Shown one piece after another: positions 34,554 through 47,980 of a stretch of 51,704 nt of DNA. Each line of letters starts with the position of its first letter. Position 1 is the stretch's first letter. The position numbers and the translations under genes were made by a program. The notes under the pieces were generated by a model that saw only the letters and a list, made by a program, of their open reading frames with translations, searched no databases and was not told the DNA's origin. Source of the stretch: Octopus bimaculoides (lineage: Eukaryota). The DNA is taken from assembly GCF_001194135.2 (NCBI RefSeq), contig NC_068982.1, forward strand, positions 22,665,628-22,717,331, written 5' to 3'.

Positions 34554-36539
34554 AACATAAATAATTATATAGATTATAAAACACAACAAACTTTCAAGCA
34601 TCTCCTGCCAGTTTTTTTTTCTCACGTAACCTGTGAGAAGAATTATATGACTTAGTAATTCTGTTCAGGCAGATATATATATATATATATCACAATCATT
34701 ATATATCTTTGAGAAATCGTTTTTATTTAAGCTATTATACTTGAAAAGCAACACGTGTTCATGTTGATCTTTTTTTTGTAACATTTAGTATTGTGATTCC
34801 AATATTGTTATACTTACCTTTTGGCAGGAAAGACTTCTTCGTATTTTCAATTATTTACTAATCTCTAAGCACTCGTTTCTCAACGGAAGTGTTTTTGCCA
34901 ATGTACATACATATATACATTTCTCTCACCCTCTCCCTGTATACATACATACATATATATATATATATGTATATCTATGCATATATATATATGTCATCCA
35001 TATATATATATATATATATATATAAATATCCATAGATGCATACATGCATGCATACCTGCATACATACATACATACATACATACATACATACATACATACA
35101 TACATGCATGCATACATAGAAACTCTTGACTTCGTCGGAGGAGAAAGTGTTTTTGCTGCCAAGAATTTCCGTGATTCGAACATCTGTTTCGATTGTCGAA
35201 GTTTTTAAAAAGTGTAAGAAATTGTTATTTCCCTGATGAGACCGTTAATACTGGAGAAATTTCAAATAACGAGAGGAAAAAGAAAAAAAGAAAAAAGAAA
35301 AAAAAAGAAACAAAAGGGGACTATAAAGAAATTAAAAAAAAAAGAACATAACAATAATAAAGCAAAGAAAAAAAAAAACAAGAAACATTGGTTGGCAACC
35401 GTTTTATTTTATTATTGTCATGTTGATAAGGAAAACAGCACTGGGAAAACAAGAGATGCTGAGAATCGGAGGGGGATCTGAGATGAGAGAATATTAAAGA
35501 AACATCTTTTCAGCTCCCTTGTTTATTGCTTTAGATTTCGAGTTGCCCTTGAGGGAGTCTTTTGTTTATTAATTACTTAGATATTCTCAATTGATCGGAG
35601 TTTTTCGACTCACTATATCACCTACGTGAGACACTGCTCTATTTGTATTACGCTTAATGATCTCTCCTGAACTTTGCTAATATTTGACCAGCTTGTAGAT
35701 CGGTAAATTGGAAGAAGAATCTTTTAAAAGACAGACAATATGCCATGTTTTGAACGGAAATTCACGTGCCAATCACAGACGAAACTTTACTGTTTTCGAA
35801 TGAAACGATACTACGTTCATCAACGTTTTCTGAGGACGAGGTCCCTCTTGTAAATGACACAGGCATATAAGCCTGCCTTTGTGAAAAATGTGCTGGTGAT
35901 CAATTAGAGAAGGGGAAAGAGTCAAAGTGCTAAAGAAAGCTGTTGCTATTTCACTTTTGAAACATTAAAAGTGAATGCAATAAAATCGTAGTTGGCAGTG
36001 TGAGAGGAGTCAGTGTCATGGGAATGGAAAATGTGTCAAAATTCTGCGATGCATTTCTGTAAAGAAAGAATGAATAGGGAAAGAGAAAGGAAGTTAGTGA
36101 AGTATTTGGGGGCTGATAGAAGATAGTAGTAGTGGTGCATTGTTTGGCGTAATATGACGTTGTCAGGACCGGTATTACGATCTTGATGTCGAGAGTTCGA
36201 ATACTATCGAGTTAAACTATGATGTTATTTTATGGTCTTTTACATTTTGACATAAAAGCCAGTGTCAGCCAAATTCTACATTTTAGTCTCCCTGGGGATG
36301 GCGTCGATAAATGGAAATATCTGTTATATACTGAGGACAGTTTCATTGACTGTGCTCTCCAGCATAACTGTCTGCCTGTTTGCTGAAGTGAAGATTTAAC
36401 TATTGAAGAATAATGTTGACATTTTGAAAGAGGGGGTGTGTGAGGAAGAGGGAGAGAAATAAAGAGAGAAGAGGAGAGGGAGGGAGATAAAGAATGAAAG
36501 GAAAAGGAAGGGAGAGATATAGCGAGTTGAGTCGATATT

Positions 36540-39198
36540 TGCAAAGATTGGAGAAAATGTTCTTCAGTCCTGTTTAAACCCCGATGGTTCATGGTTCTTG
36601 TACAGATTCACTTGCCATGTATGACAACAAATACACTGAATAGTTTCTATGGCAATTTGTCAAAACCTAAACAGGTGAAAACGTTTATTCCTCTTATAGA
36701 GGCAGAGTACCACATGACTGACAGTTCCCAAGCATCCACTGCTGAACATATCACATCAATTTTGAGTTCCAAAATTTAATAAAACCCATCAAATATATCC
36801 ACAAAATTGATGCTCAAGAGATCTAACGATACAATGCTTGCTCTGATACAGCAAAACAGCCGCAATAAATTTATGATTCCATTGAGAACTGTGCATCATC
36901 GGCAATCAGATTTCTGACACTTTCGCCTTTTCCATTCATGAAGATACCCATATATTAAACCAACTACCGCCCTCTTGCAAAATGTCGGACGGTTTTACTT
37001 CACTCTTGTAACTATCGCACACTAAGCACAATGGCTGTCCAAGTATGAATACTTTGCAAAAACATTGCTCTGTCCACAAGTTCCGCCCAAGGAGCAACAA
37101 GTAATAGAATCGAAGAAAACAAAGTATCGCAGGAGAAATCCTACTTGATAAGTTTAGACTGTAGTCCTGGAATAGAATATACTGTATATACGAGTCATCG
37201 AGGTCTTTTTGTGTGGTTTTGTCACGGAGAACGGTGTATAGTTCATTTCAAGGTTTCGAATAATTAATGGCAAATTTTGAAACACTTACAGAGAGATATG
37301 TTTATACTTGGACTGTTGGAGAATGAGGCCCAGTGGAAGCAACATATTTAGAAGCTTCTATATCTCAGTCAAAAGTATTACAGCATGTTTTACCATATAT
37401 TTCAAATGGTATGAACCATCCAATCCGCGTTTATATTTGGCTGAAATATAGTGATACTCTTGCCAAGTATTTCAAGCATTTAGCTCAAAAGTTGTACCTC
37501 CTTCGTGGAAGTAGGTACAATTTAGAAGCTATCTCTAAATTTAGAAGGTATCTATAATCGATAAATTCTATACGGAGGTCAATTACCTGACTACTAAAAA
37601 ATTTGAAACAACTACCATATTATTGATAATAATTTATCTAAACTCATAACAAATCCAAGATCTGTCTGTTCCACTCTTGATAGGATTCGGTAATATGAAA
37701 CTAGAATTTACTTACTTGGTTTTCATGGTAGAACTAGAAAGACATTCCCGATCAGTCGGTTGCTTACCAAAAACCATCAACGTAAAGGCATAACTATTAC
37801 AGTTGTTTCTTTAGGTATTGCCACCGCACTCCTTTATAGGAGCCGTACAGCATATCCTGCTTTCAAACTTCTCTTGGACTTAGACATAAAAGAGGCACAT
37901 ATTTGCAGCATTTCCACAATTCTGAAACCGAACAAGTTCTTCAGAAATGACAAATGATTGTCCGGAGGTGAATGCACTGGTACACAATACAGAACTCTGG
38001 GTCCCTCAGCAGGAATTGCCGGTCTTTCGTGACAATAGATCATAAAAATATTGAGCAGTAGTAGAAGTGAAGTCTTCTGTCAGACATTGCAAAGCCAATG
38101 AAATGTGTTTTTTTTTTTTTTTTAGAAATCGTCACTGCTTTAGACTAATCTTAAAAATCTTCAAACTGTTTACAAACAAGAGTGTGTCAATCTTTTTTGA
38201 TAATCAGATGTCTGGTAATTTTGCCAAAAATTTTTTTTTATAAGCTGGAGATATTTCACTCTGATATTAATGGAGCCATGGCTAGCAGACGAACTGATAC
38301 CGATGATATCCCTCGACCTGCAACATCATTCACTGATATAGAAGTGTCTTTTGTGAAGAAAAGTTTGCAATAACAACATTAGCTAGCAGATGTAGGCATC
38401 GCCAGAAAATAGTAATACTTTAAAATATATTGACAGTTTTAGATCAGGAAGAAATAGTTCACTATCCTATAGAAGTTTTAAATTGGAACCATAACGCCTA
38501 CTACCACAATGGCTTCAGCAAAGGAAGCTTCCCCAATAATGCTTCTCCGTCACATGGGTCAGTAGCAGACAGCAGCCATGGAAGGGAATAATAAAAATGG
38601 TTTAAAAAATTCATACAACATATCACCAAGACTACTATTTTCACTACGTACACCAACCGAAAGTATATATATTTATTTTTTTTACTACGCACAGAGGGCT
38701 AAACATAGAGGGGACAAACAAGGGCAGACAAAGGGATTAAGTCGATTACATCGACCCCACTACGTAATTGGTACTTATTTAATCGACCCTGAAAGAATGA
38801 AAGGCAAAGTCGACCTCGGCGGAATTTGAACTCAGAACGAAATACCGACAGACGAAATAGCACTAAGCATTTCGCCCGGCATTTTAACGATTTTGCCAGC
38901 TCGCCGCCTTTCAATTGAAAGTATATAGCTATGCTCAGCATTCCATTTGATAACTAAATTTTGTTTAAACATTCCAGATATTCAGCCAGTAAGTCTAAGA
39001 ACAAACATTGACTGGTAATGAACTACATCGAGAAGAATACTGCATTGCTAATGACCAGTTTTAAATAAAAAGCCCAAGAGTTAAACTGTCCCATAATCTC
39101 TTTATGTTCTTGTTGGTAAAAACAAAAGCATCGTATATCCTGAAGTACTGACGCGACAACTCTGAGAAATAACTAAGATAACATGGGTACGAATCTAA
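36540..39198 (+). mobile_element. decayed Helitron RepHel (end of Rep domain + PIF1-type helicase)
   Basis: Colinear motifs MVHGSC; HINFE..IKYIHK; FAKTLL; GLLENEAQW; EPSNP; GTRKTF..GIATALL..RTA; EEIVHYPIE; PIMLLR; KSIVYPEVL. Interrupted by SINE A. Confidence 0.85.
38672..38909 (-). mobile_element. SINE family A inserted in the Helitron
   Basis: Full head and core; imperfect flanking duplication caa(cc/tt)gaaagtatata. Confidence 0.9.
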
Positions 39199-39524
39199 TA
39201 TAAGTTGGGGCTCATCACAACTCTTAATATTCCAATACTTGACTCTGTGTGTTTCTTCTGATCAATCTCATTTCCACACATCATGAGAATGGTTCCTCTC
39301 GGTGGTTCATTTACTGAATCATCTGTTTCTACTCATTTTTCAAATGTTTAAAAATTAAACAAATCCCGGAAAAGAAGTATAATCTATAGTAGATTTTTTC
39401 AAAATTAAACCTCTTTTTACATTTATTTAATCACGCTATCTTATTTGATAAGCTCAAATCAGGCCTACCATATAAAATTGTATATAAAGCATTCTTCTTT
39501 TCCAAAATTATGCCTCAAAATATA

Positions 39525-39606
39525 TTTGCACTCAGAACGTAAAGACAAGAAATACCGCTAAGCATTTCGCCCGGAGTGCTAACGTTCCTGCCAGCTCGGC
39601 GCCTTA
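39525..39606 (-). mobile_element. SINE family A head fragment
   Basis: ctcagaacgtaaagac..gccagctcggcgcc. Confidence 0.8.
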
Positions 39607-39614
39607 TGTATACC

Positions 39615-39873
39615 AGTAATATTGAGTGCGTGTTCGAAGATCTCCCGAAGTACACAATGAAGAATGCATGCGCCAGGTTCCGCAGTTTTGTTGAGGCCGT
39701 AGGGTAAATCGAAGGGGGAAACACTTTGAGTAAACTCTTATCTCCCAGTCATAATCTAAATGATATGTTTTGATTTTTAAAACATATTTTTAAAAGTACA
39801 TTTAATTTTATGTGCGATATTGTATTTTCTTTTCCTTTTAGGACAAACTGTCAAATTTAGCCCGCACATCGTG
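39615..39873 (+). mobile_element. 3' end of a Tc1/mariner-superfamily (DD37D/maT-like) element
   Basis: VFEDLP..KNACARFRSFVEAVG..EGG resembles maT C-termini; ends in a TIR-like ...cccgcacatcgtg followed by TA. Confidence 0.55.
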
Positions 39874-40171
39874 TATATCCAACATGCAACTCAGTGGAGA
39901 TAGAGGCAATTTTGTCCACACCTATAGCCTTCCAGCCTACGTATTGTTAGAAGTTAATCAATCTGTACCTGAAGAATGACAGGAAATGTTCATTTCGGAG
40001 TATATGTGTTTTTTATATATCACAACAGAGTGATTATGCGAAATGGCGTAAGACTTTATAATCTATCTGGCCGTTAACGTTTCAGTAAACAACTTTGGTT
40101 GGTAAAGGAGCCTGGGTAACTTAAACAATAGCAGCATTGCCCGGAAGCAAATATGTAAACTACAGAGAAAG

Positions 40172-40233
<62 letters not shown>

Positions 40234-40789
40234 NNNNNNNNNNNNNNNNNNNNNNNNNNNNNNNNNNNNNNNNNNNNNNNNNNNNNNNNNNNNNNNNNNN
40301 NNNNNNNNNNNNNNNNNNNNNNNNNNNNNNNNNNNNNNNNNNNNNNNNNNNNNNNNNNNNNNNNNNNNNNNNNNNNNNNNNNNNNNNNNNNNNNNNNNNN
40401 NNNNNNNNNNNNNNNNNNNNNNNNNNNNNNNNNNNNNNNNNNNNNNNNNNNNNNNNNNNNNNNNNNNNNNNNNNNNNNNNNNNNNNNNNNNNNNNNNNNN
40501 NNNNNNNNNNNNNNNNNNNNNNNNNNNNNNNNNNNNNNNNNNNNNNNNNNNNNNNNNNNNNNNNNNNNNNNNNNNNNNNNNNNNNNNNNNNNNNNNNNNN
40601 NNNNNNNNNNNNNNNNNNNNNNNNNNNNNNNNNNNNNNNNNNNNNNNNNNNNNNNNNNNNNNNNNNNNNNNNNNNNNNNNNNNNNNNNNGTCTATCTTGT
40701 ATCATACAGAAAAAAAAAAGAAATCAATCAGAAATGATCACAATGTTTATTGCATGTTATTAAAGAAATTCTCTGCAGAATTGTTTGGG

Positions 40790-41172
40790 CGTCGAACAAA
40801 AAAATGCTTTATGAAATTTCTGTCCGTCAAATTCTGACTTGAAATCCTACTGAGGTCATCTCTGCCTTTCATTCTATCGGGGTTGATGAGATAAATTACC
40901 AATTAAGTAATAGGATCGATGGTATCGACTTATTCCCTCCCTTCCAAACTGCTGGTATCTTCTTCTTCTTCTTCTTCTTCTTCTTCTTCTTCTTCGCGGC
41001 ATTTCATTCGTCTTTACATTCTGAGTTCAAATTCTTCCGAGGTTTACTTTGCCTTTCGTCCTTTCGGGGGTCGATAAATCAAGTACCAATGGAACATTGG
41101 GGGTCGAATTATTCGACTACCTCGCTCCCCACAAAATTCAGGCCTTGTGTCTATAGAAGAAAGGATTATTAT
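40790..41172 (+). mobile_element. two SINE family A copies separated by (CTT)n
   Basis: Cores near 40860-40940 and 41050-41120; (ATT) tail at 41165. Confidence 0.8.
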
Positions 41173-42820
41173 AATGCCGGAGACTTCATCCGCAATGAAG
41201 ATTTCTTGGTCTCCGTTTGCTCAATGTTTTACAAGTACAAGTTAAGGAAATAAATTGGATTTTAATTTCTGCGTAGGCTTCTAGTGCATATTTTGGAAGG
41301 TCTACTTCTTATTGGATTTAGATAAGAAGCTTGTTACGAAAAAAGTATTTTAATTTAATTCAACTGTCTAACACTCAGATAAAAAAGAAAAATGGCTTCT
41401 TGCTTCCTTGGATCTGCTCCTTGGAAATATTGTAATGAATGAAAGAAAGCAAACACCAAGTAAATGAAAAAAATATATATGTTAATGAATGCATAAACAA
41501 ATTGTTAAAAATGGTAAAGATAATAACACTCGTACAGAAAATACAGCAAAACTAACAACAACAGCAGCAGCAGCAGCAGTAGCAGCAGTAGCAGCAGCAG
41601 CAACAACAACAACAACAACAGTATGCATGCTTCGACCGTATTGAGCATAAACGTAAACAGGTAAAAAAGTATCTTTCGCAAACGTTCTTTGAAAGAAAAA
41701 AACACCTCGATACGGAACAGTTTACGGAAGAATGGAAAACCTGGAGTATTTTGTTCGTAGGACAAGGACTAGTCTACTTCAGTTAAACATAGTGACTCTC
41801 GAAAGGAAGCAAGTAACATTATCTTACCAAGAACAAGGGAAGATTTCTTGTTTCATTAATGATCCCACATCACTAGTTCTGCTTACCAAAAGTGGCCCAC
41901 TTGGCACCGTGCATTCGTCGCAATAACACAATTATACGGCCGCCTCCGATCGGGAGTCTTGGAGGTAGGCCTGGTGGTTAGTTTAATTCAGATATCCTTC
42001 ATTCGGAGAGAGGAGGTATGCGGCACTATATGTATCATCTTCAAAGCAGACACAGTAAATCCTAAGTCTAAATTAAACGTTATTCATCCTGCCATAAGCT
42101 GGGCAGGCTGTATTTAGGATGGAGAAATATAAGGATTATCATCGGGGAAATTGATGGCAATGACAATTAGCTGTAGTGACCTTCAAAATAAAATTTGAGC
42201 TGGCTTTCTGTATAGATGTAACATTTGATGATATGAGGTCGAGTGGGACCGTTATAGATATACAAGTCCTCATGATCCCGCAAGACTAAAGAAAAAAAAT
42301 GTAGTGTCCCGTGGACGGTACTGAAAAGAGGACTTCTAAACTCAAAATCCAAAGTAAAGAGTCCAGCCGTTCCAAATATGGGAGTAAAACCGATTCCAGG
42401 GTCTTCTGCACAGAGAGCCTGAAAGAACAAAAGCGAGAAGAATTAATCATGGAGGTTGTCAGCCTTAAAGCAACACTAGCTACAACTCGTGAGCCGAAAG
42501 ATAAGGTTGTTTTGTCCTCATTTTGTAGTGAACTATTTGTCGTGTGTCATGAAGTTCCAAAGTCCTTTCTTCTAGCGACAAATGGCAAAGACAAGAAGTG
42601 TCACCCACAGTAACAACTACAATAGCTATCAATAAACAATCAGGAAGTACCCCTTTATAGTACTTATAATGATAGGAAGCAGAGAGCTATGGGGATAAGC
42701 AGATTATCTAATTAAAAGAAGACTACGGAAGAAACAGGCGGGTAGTCATGATGAGTATATTGGGCTTCGTATAATTGTACCCCAGTGTCACTTTGATGGC
42801 ATTCGCTGTTCTCTCCCTCA

Positions 42821-42866
<46 letters not shown>

Positions 42867-42893
42867 TAATAATAACAACAATAATAATAATAA

Positions 42894-43376
42894 TATGGAA
42901 TAACAACAGAAAAAAGATGATATAAGCACGTCACAGAAAACGAGAAAGCAACCATACTCTGGGATATGCCAATACACACAGAGATCATGAAGAAAAAAAG
43001 GTTTTCTAATTGATGTAGCAATACCAGCAGATGACAACGTTTCTCTAAAAGAAATGGGGAAACTTTCAAAATACAAAGACCTGGAAATAGAGTTAACTCA
43101 AATGTGGAATCTAAAAACAGAAACAATTCCTATCATATTAGGTGCCTTAGGTATAATAAAAAAATATTCAGACAAATACATAACAAAAACACCAGGACTT
43201 ACAAATATATATAACATACAGAAAATTGCACTACTGGGCACTGCACACATCCTACGCAAAACACTTTCAATACAGTAAACATAAGAGCATCACAGCAAAC
43301 CACAGCTCATACCCAAGGCACACAGAGCTGCGCTCGGTAGTGAGGTGAAAGCACGCTATAAAAAAATAAAACTACA

Positions 43377-43378
<2 letters not shown>
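42894..43378 (+). mobile_element. R4/Dong-clade LINE 3' fragment, same subfamily as 25050
   Basis: ATILWDMPIHT..FLIDVAIP..KLSKYKDLEIE..IQKIALLGTAHILRKTLSIQ*, 3' UTR, (TAA)n on both sides. Confidence 0.92.
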
Positions 43379-43447
<69 letters not shown>

Positions 43448-43449
43448 GC

Positions 43450-44090
43450 AAAAACTGTGTCACTCGCATGTTCTGGTGGTCATTTGTTTCCACTCTTATC
43501 AGTTTGTAGAAGGGTATTGTATGATAATGCAAAATGCGCTGGTTTGTTCTCTTTGTAGAGATTTAGAGTCCATCTCACAGAAAGTCTGGGTATAATCTAA
43601 GATCAAATATAAATATTGTTTGCACGCTAATAATATTGATCCAATGTGTTGCTTAAATCTCGTGCTTCGAACTCTAAATCTGCTTGTTTGTCATTTTACT
43701 ATGATTTCTGAATGAACTTATAGATGTTATAGAAATACTGAAGAAGGGTTGTAGTATTTATTTTTGAAGTTAGTCTCTATATGAGGTATGTTTATGTTCC
43801 TATATGTGATGGTTGGTTGTAATTGATGTTCTCTTTGTTTGTTGGTAAAGACTTTAAATTTGTTGGTTTTTTTATTCTGCAAGTTTACTATTTTCGAGAC
43901 GGTGTTTTGATGATTGATGAAGGTCTGAACAAGACAAGTTGTACTACTATGTCTAGAGAGAATATAAAGATGTGACTATGTAGTTGTCTGCTTATATGTG
44001 TGTATGTAAGTATTAAGGAGTCATGAGAAGATCGTGTAGGTAATGATTTTAAAAAAGAACAGGTGAGAAACACTACATAGTTAAATTTGT
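43450..44090 (-). mobile_element. probable Penelope-like element relic (GIY-YIG region)
   Basis: QTSRFRVRSTRFKQHIGSI resembles the YIGQTxRxLxxRFxEH motif; KSLQREQ downstream; decayed. Confidence 0.5.
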
Positions 44091-44460
44091 ATTAACGTCT
44101 TTAATACAATAAACATCTAAAATCTAATTTGAAATAATTTTGCAAAGATGATAACACAACTTTTGCTAAATAATTGATATTTTAAAACTTCTCAAGTTCA
44201 ACATGTTGCGTTCTTATTAGACCTTCACAGTCAGCATATATTTTTCTGTAGTTACATAGGAATCGATAAAAGTACTTGTACAATATTGTACGTTAGTAGG
44301 TTTGGTTTTATGTTTTTTTCTCGCGAAAGTCGTAAATGGAGGTCTGTAAGGGGAATGGAACCCAAAGCTTTGATGCGATCGATGGCATATATACATGTAT
44401 AATGCACACACACACAAACACACACACACAAAGACACACACACACACATACACACACATG

Positions 44461-44612
44461 TACGATGGGCTTCTTTAAGTTTCCGTCTACTGAATCCACT
44501 TTGGTCGACCCGAGGCCATAGAAGACACTTGCCCATGGATACACGCAGTGAGACTGAACCCGGAAACATTTGGCTGGAAAGCAAGTTTCCTACCGCACAG
44601 CCACGCCTGCGC
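44461..44612 (-). mobile_element. SINE family B head
   Basis: gcgcaggcgtggctgtgcggtagg..atgggcaagtgtcttc. Confidence 0.85.
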
Positions 44613-44915
44613 GTTTATATATATANNNNNNNNNNNNNNNNNNNNNNNNNNNNNNNNNNNNNNNNNNNNNNNNNNNNNNNNNNNNNNNNNNNNNNNNNNN
44701 NNNNNNNNNNNNNNNNNNNNNNNNNNNNNNNNNNNNNNNNNNNNNNNNNNNNNNNNNNNNNNNNNNNNNNNNNNNNNNNNNNNNNNNNNNNNNNNNNNNN
44801 NNNNNNNNNNNNNNNNNNNNNNNNNNNNNNNNNNNNNNNNNNNNNNNNNNNNNNNNNNNNNNNNNNNNNNNNNNNNNNNNNNNNNNNNNNNNNNNNNNNN
44901 NNNNNNNNNNNNNNN

Positions 44916-44976
<61 letters not shown>

Positions 44977-45562
44977 TGCATATTTGAGTTTTGCTTGTTT
45001 ATATTTTTTGTTTTTTGAGCAGTGAGGTGGTTGAGTGTAGTCGTCTGATCCATGTTACGAAAGATTTGGAAAGGGAAATGTGTAGGTTTGCGATATCAAA
45101 GATGAGACTTTCTAACATTTTTGAGTGCGGTGGATTTGTGCGACGTCCGTTTATTGATTTCACCCTGTCTCCGTTCCTGGTGACAGTATTGCTTTGAATA
45201 GTAAGTGATAATGATCATTACTAACGTAACCCCTCCCATCAAGTCAGGGTACAATTAAAAGCATTCTCGCCATTAGTATAGTTTTTTCTTCTTTGTTTTG
45301 AAGGATAATGCATCGAAGATTACATCATGCGATCCGTCATCGTTTTAAAGATAGCAATGAGGGATATGACAGAGATAGGACTGTTAATAGTAGCAGGTGT
45401 TTACTTTCAGGTCAACCTGGACTGGGTTGACCAATATTTAAAGACATTCAAGACGTTAGATCTACCGCTATTTTAAGGATATGTTACATTAGATTATCCA
45501 GTGTTCTTTTTTGTTCTTGTTTTTAGACCGTATAGTGTTATTTGAGAGATTTGTCAGACTTC

Positions 45563-45861
45563 TCTTTTACTCTTTTACTCTTTTACTTGTTTCAGTCATT
45601 TGACTGTGGCCATGCCGGAGCACCGCCTTTAGTCGAGTAAATCGACCCCAGGACTTATTCTTTGGAAGCCTAGTACTTATTCTATCGATCTCTTCGCCGA
45701 ACCGCTAAGTTACGGGGACGTAAACACACCAGCAACGGTTGTCAAGCGATGTTGGGGGGGACAAACACAGACACACAAACATATATGCGCACATACATTC
45801 ATATATACATATATACGACGGGCTTCTTTCAGTTTCCGACTACCAAATCCACTCACAAGAC
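45563..45861 (-). mobile_element. SINE family B, head in gap
   Basis: Core plus (GTAAAAGA)n tail. Confidence 0.92.
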
Positions 45862-46060
45862 NNNNNNNNNNNNNNNNNNNNNNNNNNNNNNNNNNNNNNN
45901 NNNNNNNNNNNNNNNNNNNNNNNNNNNNNNNNNNNNNNNNNNNNNNNNNNNNNNNNNNNNNNNNNNNNNNNNNNNNNNNNNNNNNNNNNNNNNNNNNNNN
46001 NNNNNNNNNNNNNNNNNNNNNNNNNNNNNNNNNNNNNNNNNNNNNNNNNNNNNNNNNNNN

Positions 46061-46850
46061 TCTTCAGCTAACTGGATCCTAATCCACCAAGGGAAGGTAT
46101 GTCGGAAAAAAGTAATTCAACAACGCGGGTTGATGAACCGTAAGACGTGTGGCCAGAACCTCCTGGAAAATAACCATAGCGAGGGACATCCCACAGTTGA
46201 ATTAGAACAGTCACAAACAGTGAAAGAAGACATGCACCCAACACCAGAGCTGAAGACACCTCCGAAAGCGGGTGGCCCCGCCACGTCAAAACGGTAGAGG
46301 AGTAGGGGCCGAAACCGGACGTGGTTCCTCCTGATGATGTCTTGAGCTAACTGGATCCTATAAAGGAGCTGTTGTGGTAACAGACCACGAAACATGGTTG
46401 AAATTCCTCCTTGATGTCTTCTGGAAGGAAAAAAAGGTGGAAACCATGGTTGAGCCTAAATGTAGTTTGCGTTTTGTGTTCCTGGTATTTATATAGTTTT
46501 CGATAAATATCTGATTAAGGCGTTTGCTTTCTGTTGGAGTATGTTGTCTGAAGTTGTTATGGAACTGTGATCTGGCCATTGTCAGAGTTGTTGATGCTGC
46601 TAATTACTTTGTTAAGCGATGTGCTGCTTTTTGTGAGGTTTATGTTTTCTGTGTCTTTTTTCTTTTTGTCTTGTTGGCAATTTTGAATGCTTATTAGTTT
46701 TCTGTTTATTTCCATCGTTATTTCTTCGTTTAGATGCTGTGTTTAATTTTTGTTGCATCTGGTGCTGGTGTAACGCTTTTGAAGTTATCTCTTACCATGT
46801 TGTTCATGTCAGTCGTGTAAATGGGATTGTATATTTTGATGTTAGTTTGT
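46061..46850 (-). mobile_element. unclassified retroelement-like fragment with a repeated motif at the gap edge
   Basis: tctt(c/g)agctaactggatccta at 46061 and about 46340; weak resemblance to a Penelope 3' end. Confidence 0.3.
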
Positions 46851-47980
46851 GAGATACTTCTTTGGAAACGTCGACATTATTCCTTTTATATACATCTCAA
46901 CCCACTGCTTAAAAAAGACGAATTCATTGAATAATGAAGTCCTATATACACTGAAAACAAAATGAAACACAGTATGGATATGCTCGATTCTTCTTTGATC
47001 AGGAATTGGTTCAATGGGTCTAAACAACATCTAAATGTATCTACATTTCTAAACCTACAGAATCTAAAAACTGGTTAAAACCATTACAATTTTAAACTCT
47101 CTACAAAAGCGGAAAATACAAAAAAAAAAAAAAAAAAAAAAAAAAAAGACAAAAGAAGACAAAAAGCCCACTGGGTTCATCAACGTAGACACATCACCCT
47201 ATATATACATATATACATATGCACACCATCATAAATTTTAGAAATACTTTTTCATATCACTGACTCACACGTTCTCCTCGCAAAATTACAATACGGATTC
47301 AGAATCGTTTACTCTATCAATACATCACCCAGGAATACATAGAGAAAGACAAATTATATGTTTACCTAATATCAACGCCAGCACAAATTTTGACTCAGTT
47401 TTGTCTATTTCACATTTATAAACAAAATATTAAACAATTATTTAAGAAACAATAAAACCCTGGGTAGCAAACTATGTCTAGAAATTTATGTAATAGACAA
47501 CAGCATGTGCATGCGTATGTCTTAGAGGTTAGTGGGTAGTACTTATGATCGTAAGATTGTGGGTTCGATTCTTGGACAGAAAGAAGCATTGAGTTCTTGA
47601 GCAAAATGCTTCATTTCACGTTGCGAAAATGTGTAATATGGCGAAGTTGTGACAGCTTTTCATTCCGGCGATTCATGATGAACATACCAATATAAGAAAA
47701 AAAAGCAAAAAAAAAAAAAACAAAAAAAAAAAAAAACGGAAGGCTTCAGTATGGACGGGAACTTCTGGACTGACAAGCTGTGGGCCTACCCCGTGTTTGG
47801 TGTTATCTTTTTTGGTGGTGTTACACAATAATATACAGAGAATCTGCAGTTTCTCAATTGAAGTACTACAAGGATAATTTCTGTTACTCACTTGAACTTT
47901 TAACTACATTACTTTATCGCACCCCCGCAAAATATCTGCACTTTCTCANNNNNNNNNNCCCACAGGCACGGAGGCATCTA

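Noticed and set aside
35224-35270. gttattt-cc-CTGATGA..GAAATTTC-aaataac hammerhead-like arrangement
   Set aside because: Stem I needs a 2-nt bulge at the core, and stem II and stem III do not pair.
39842-39979. Apparent terminal exon after a strong acceptor (tattttcttttccttttag)
   Set aside because: The acceptor and first codons lie inside the 3' end of a Tc1/maT-like transposon.
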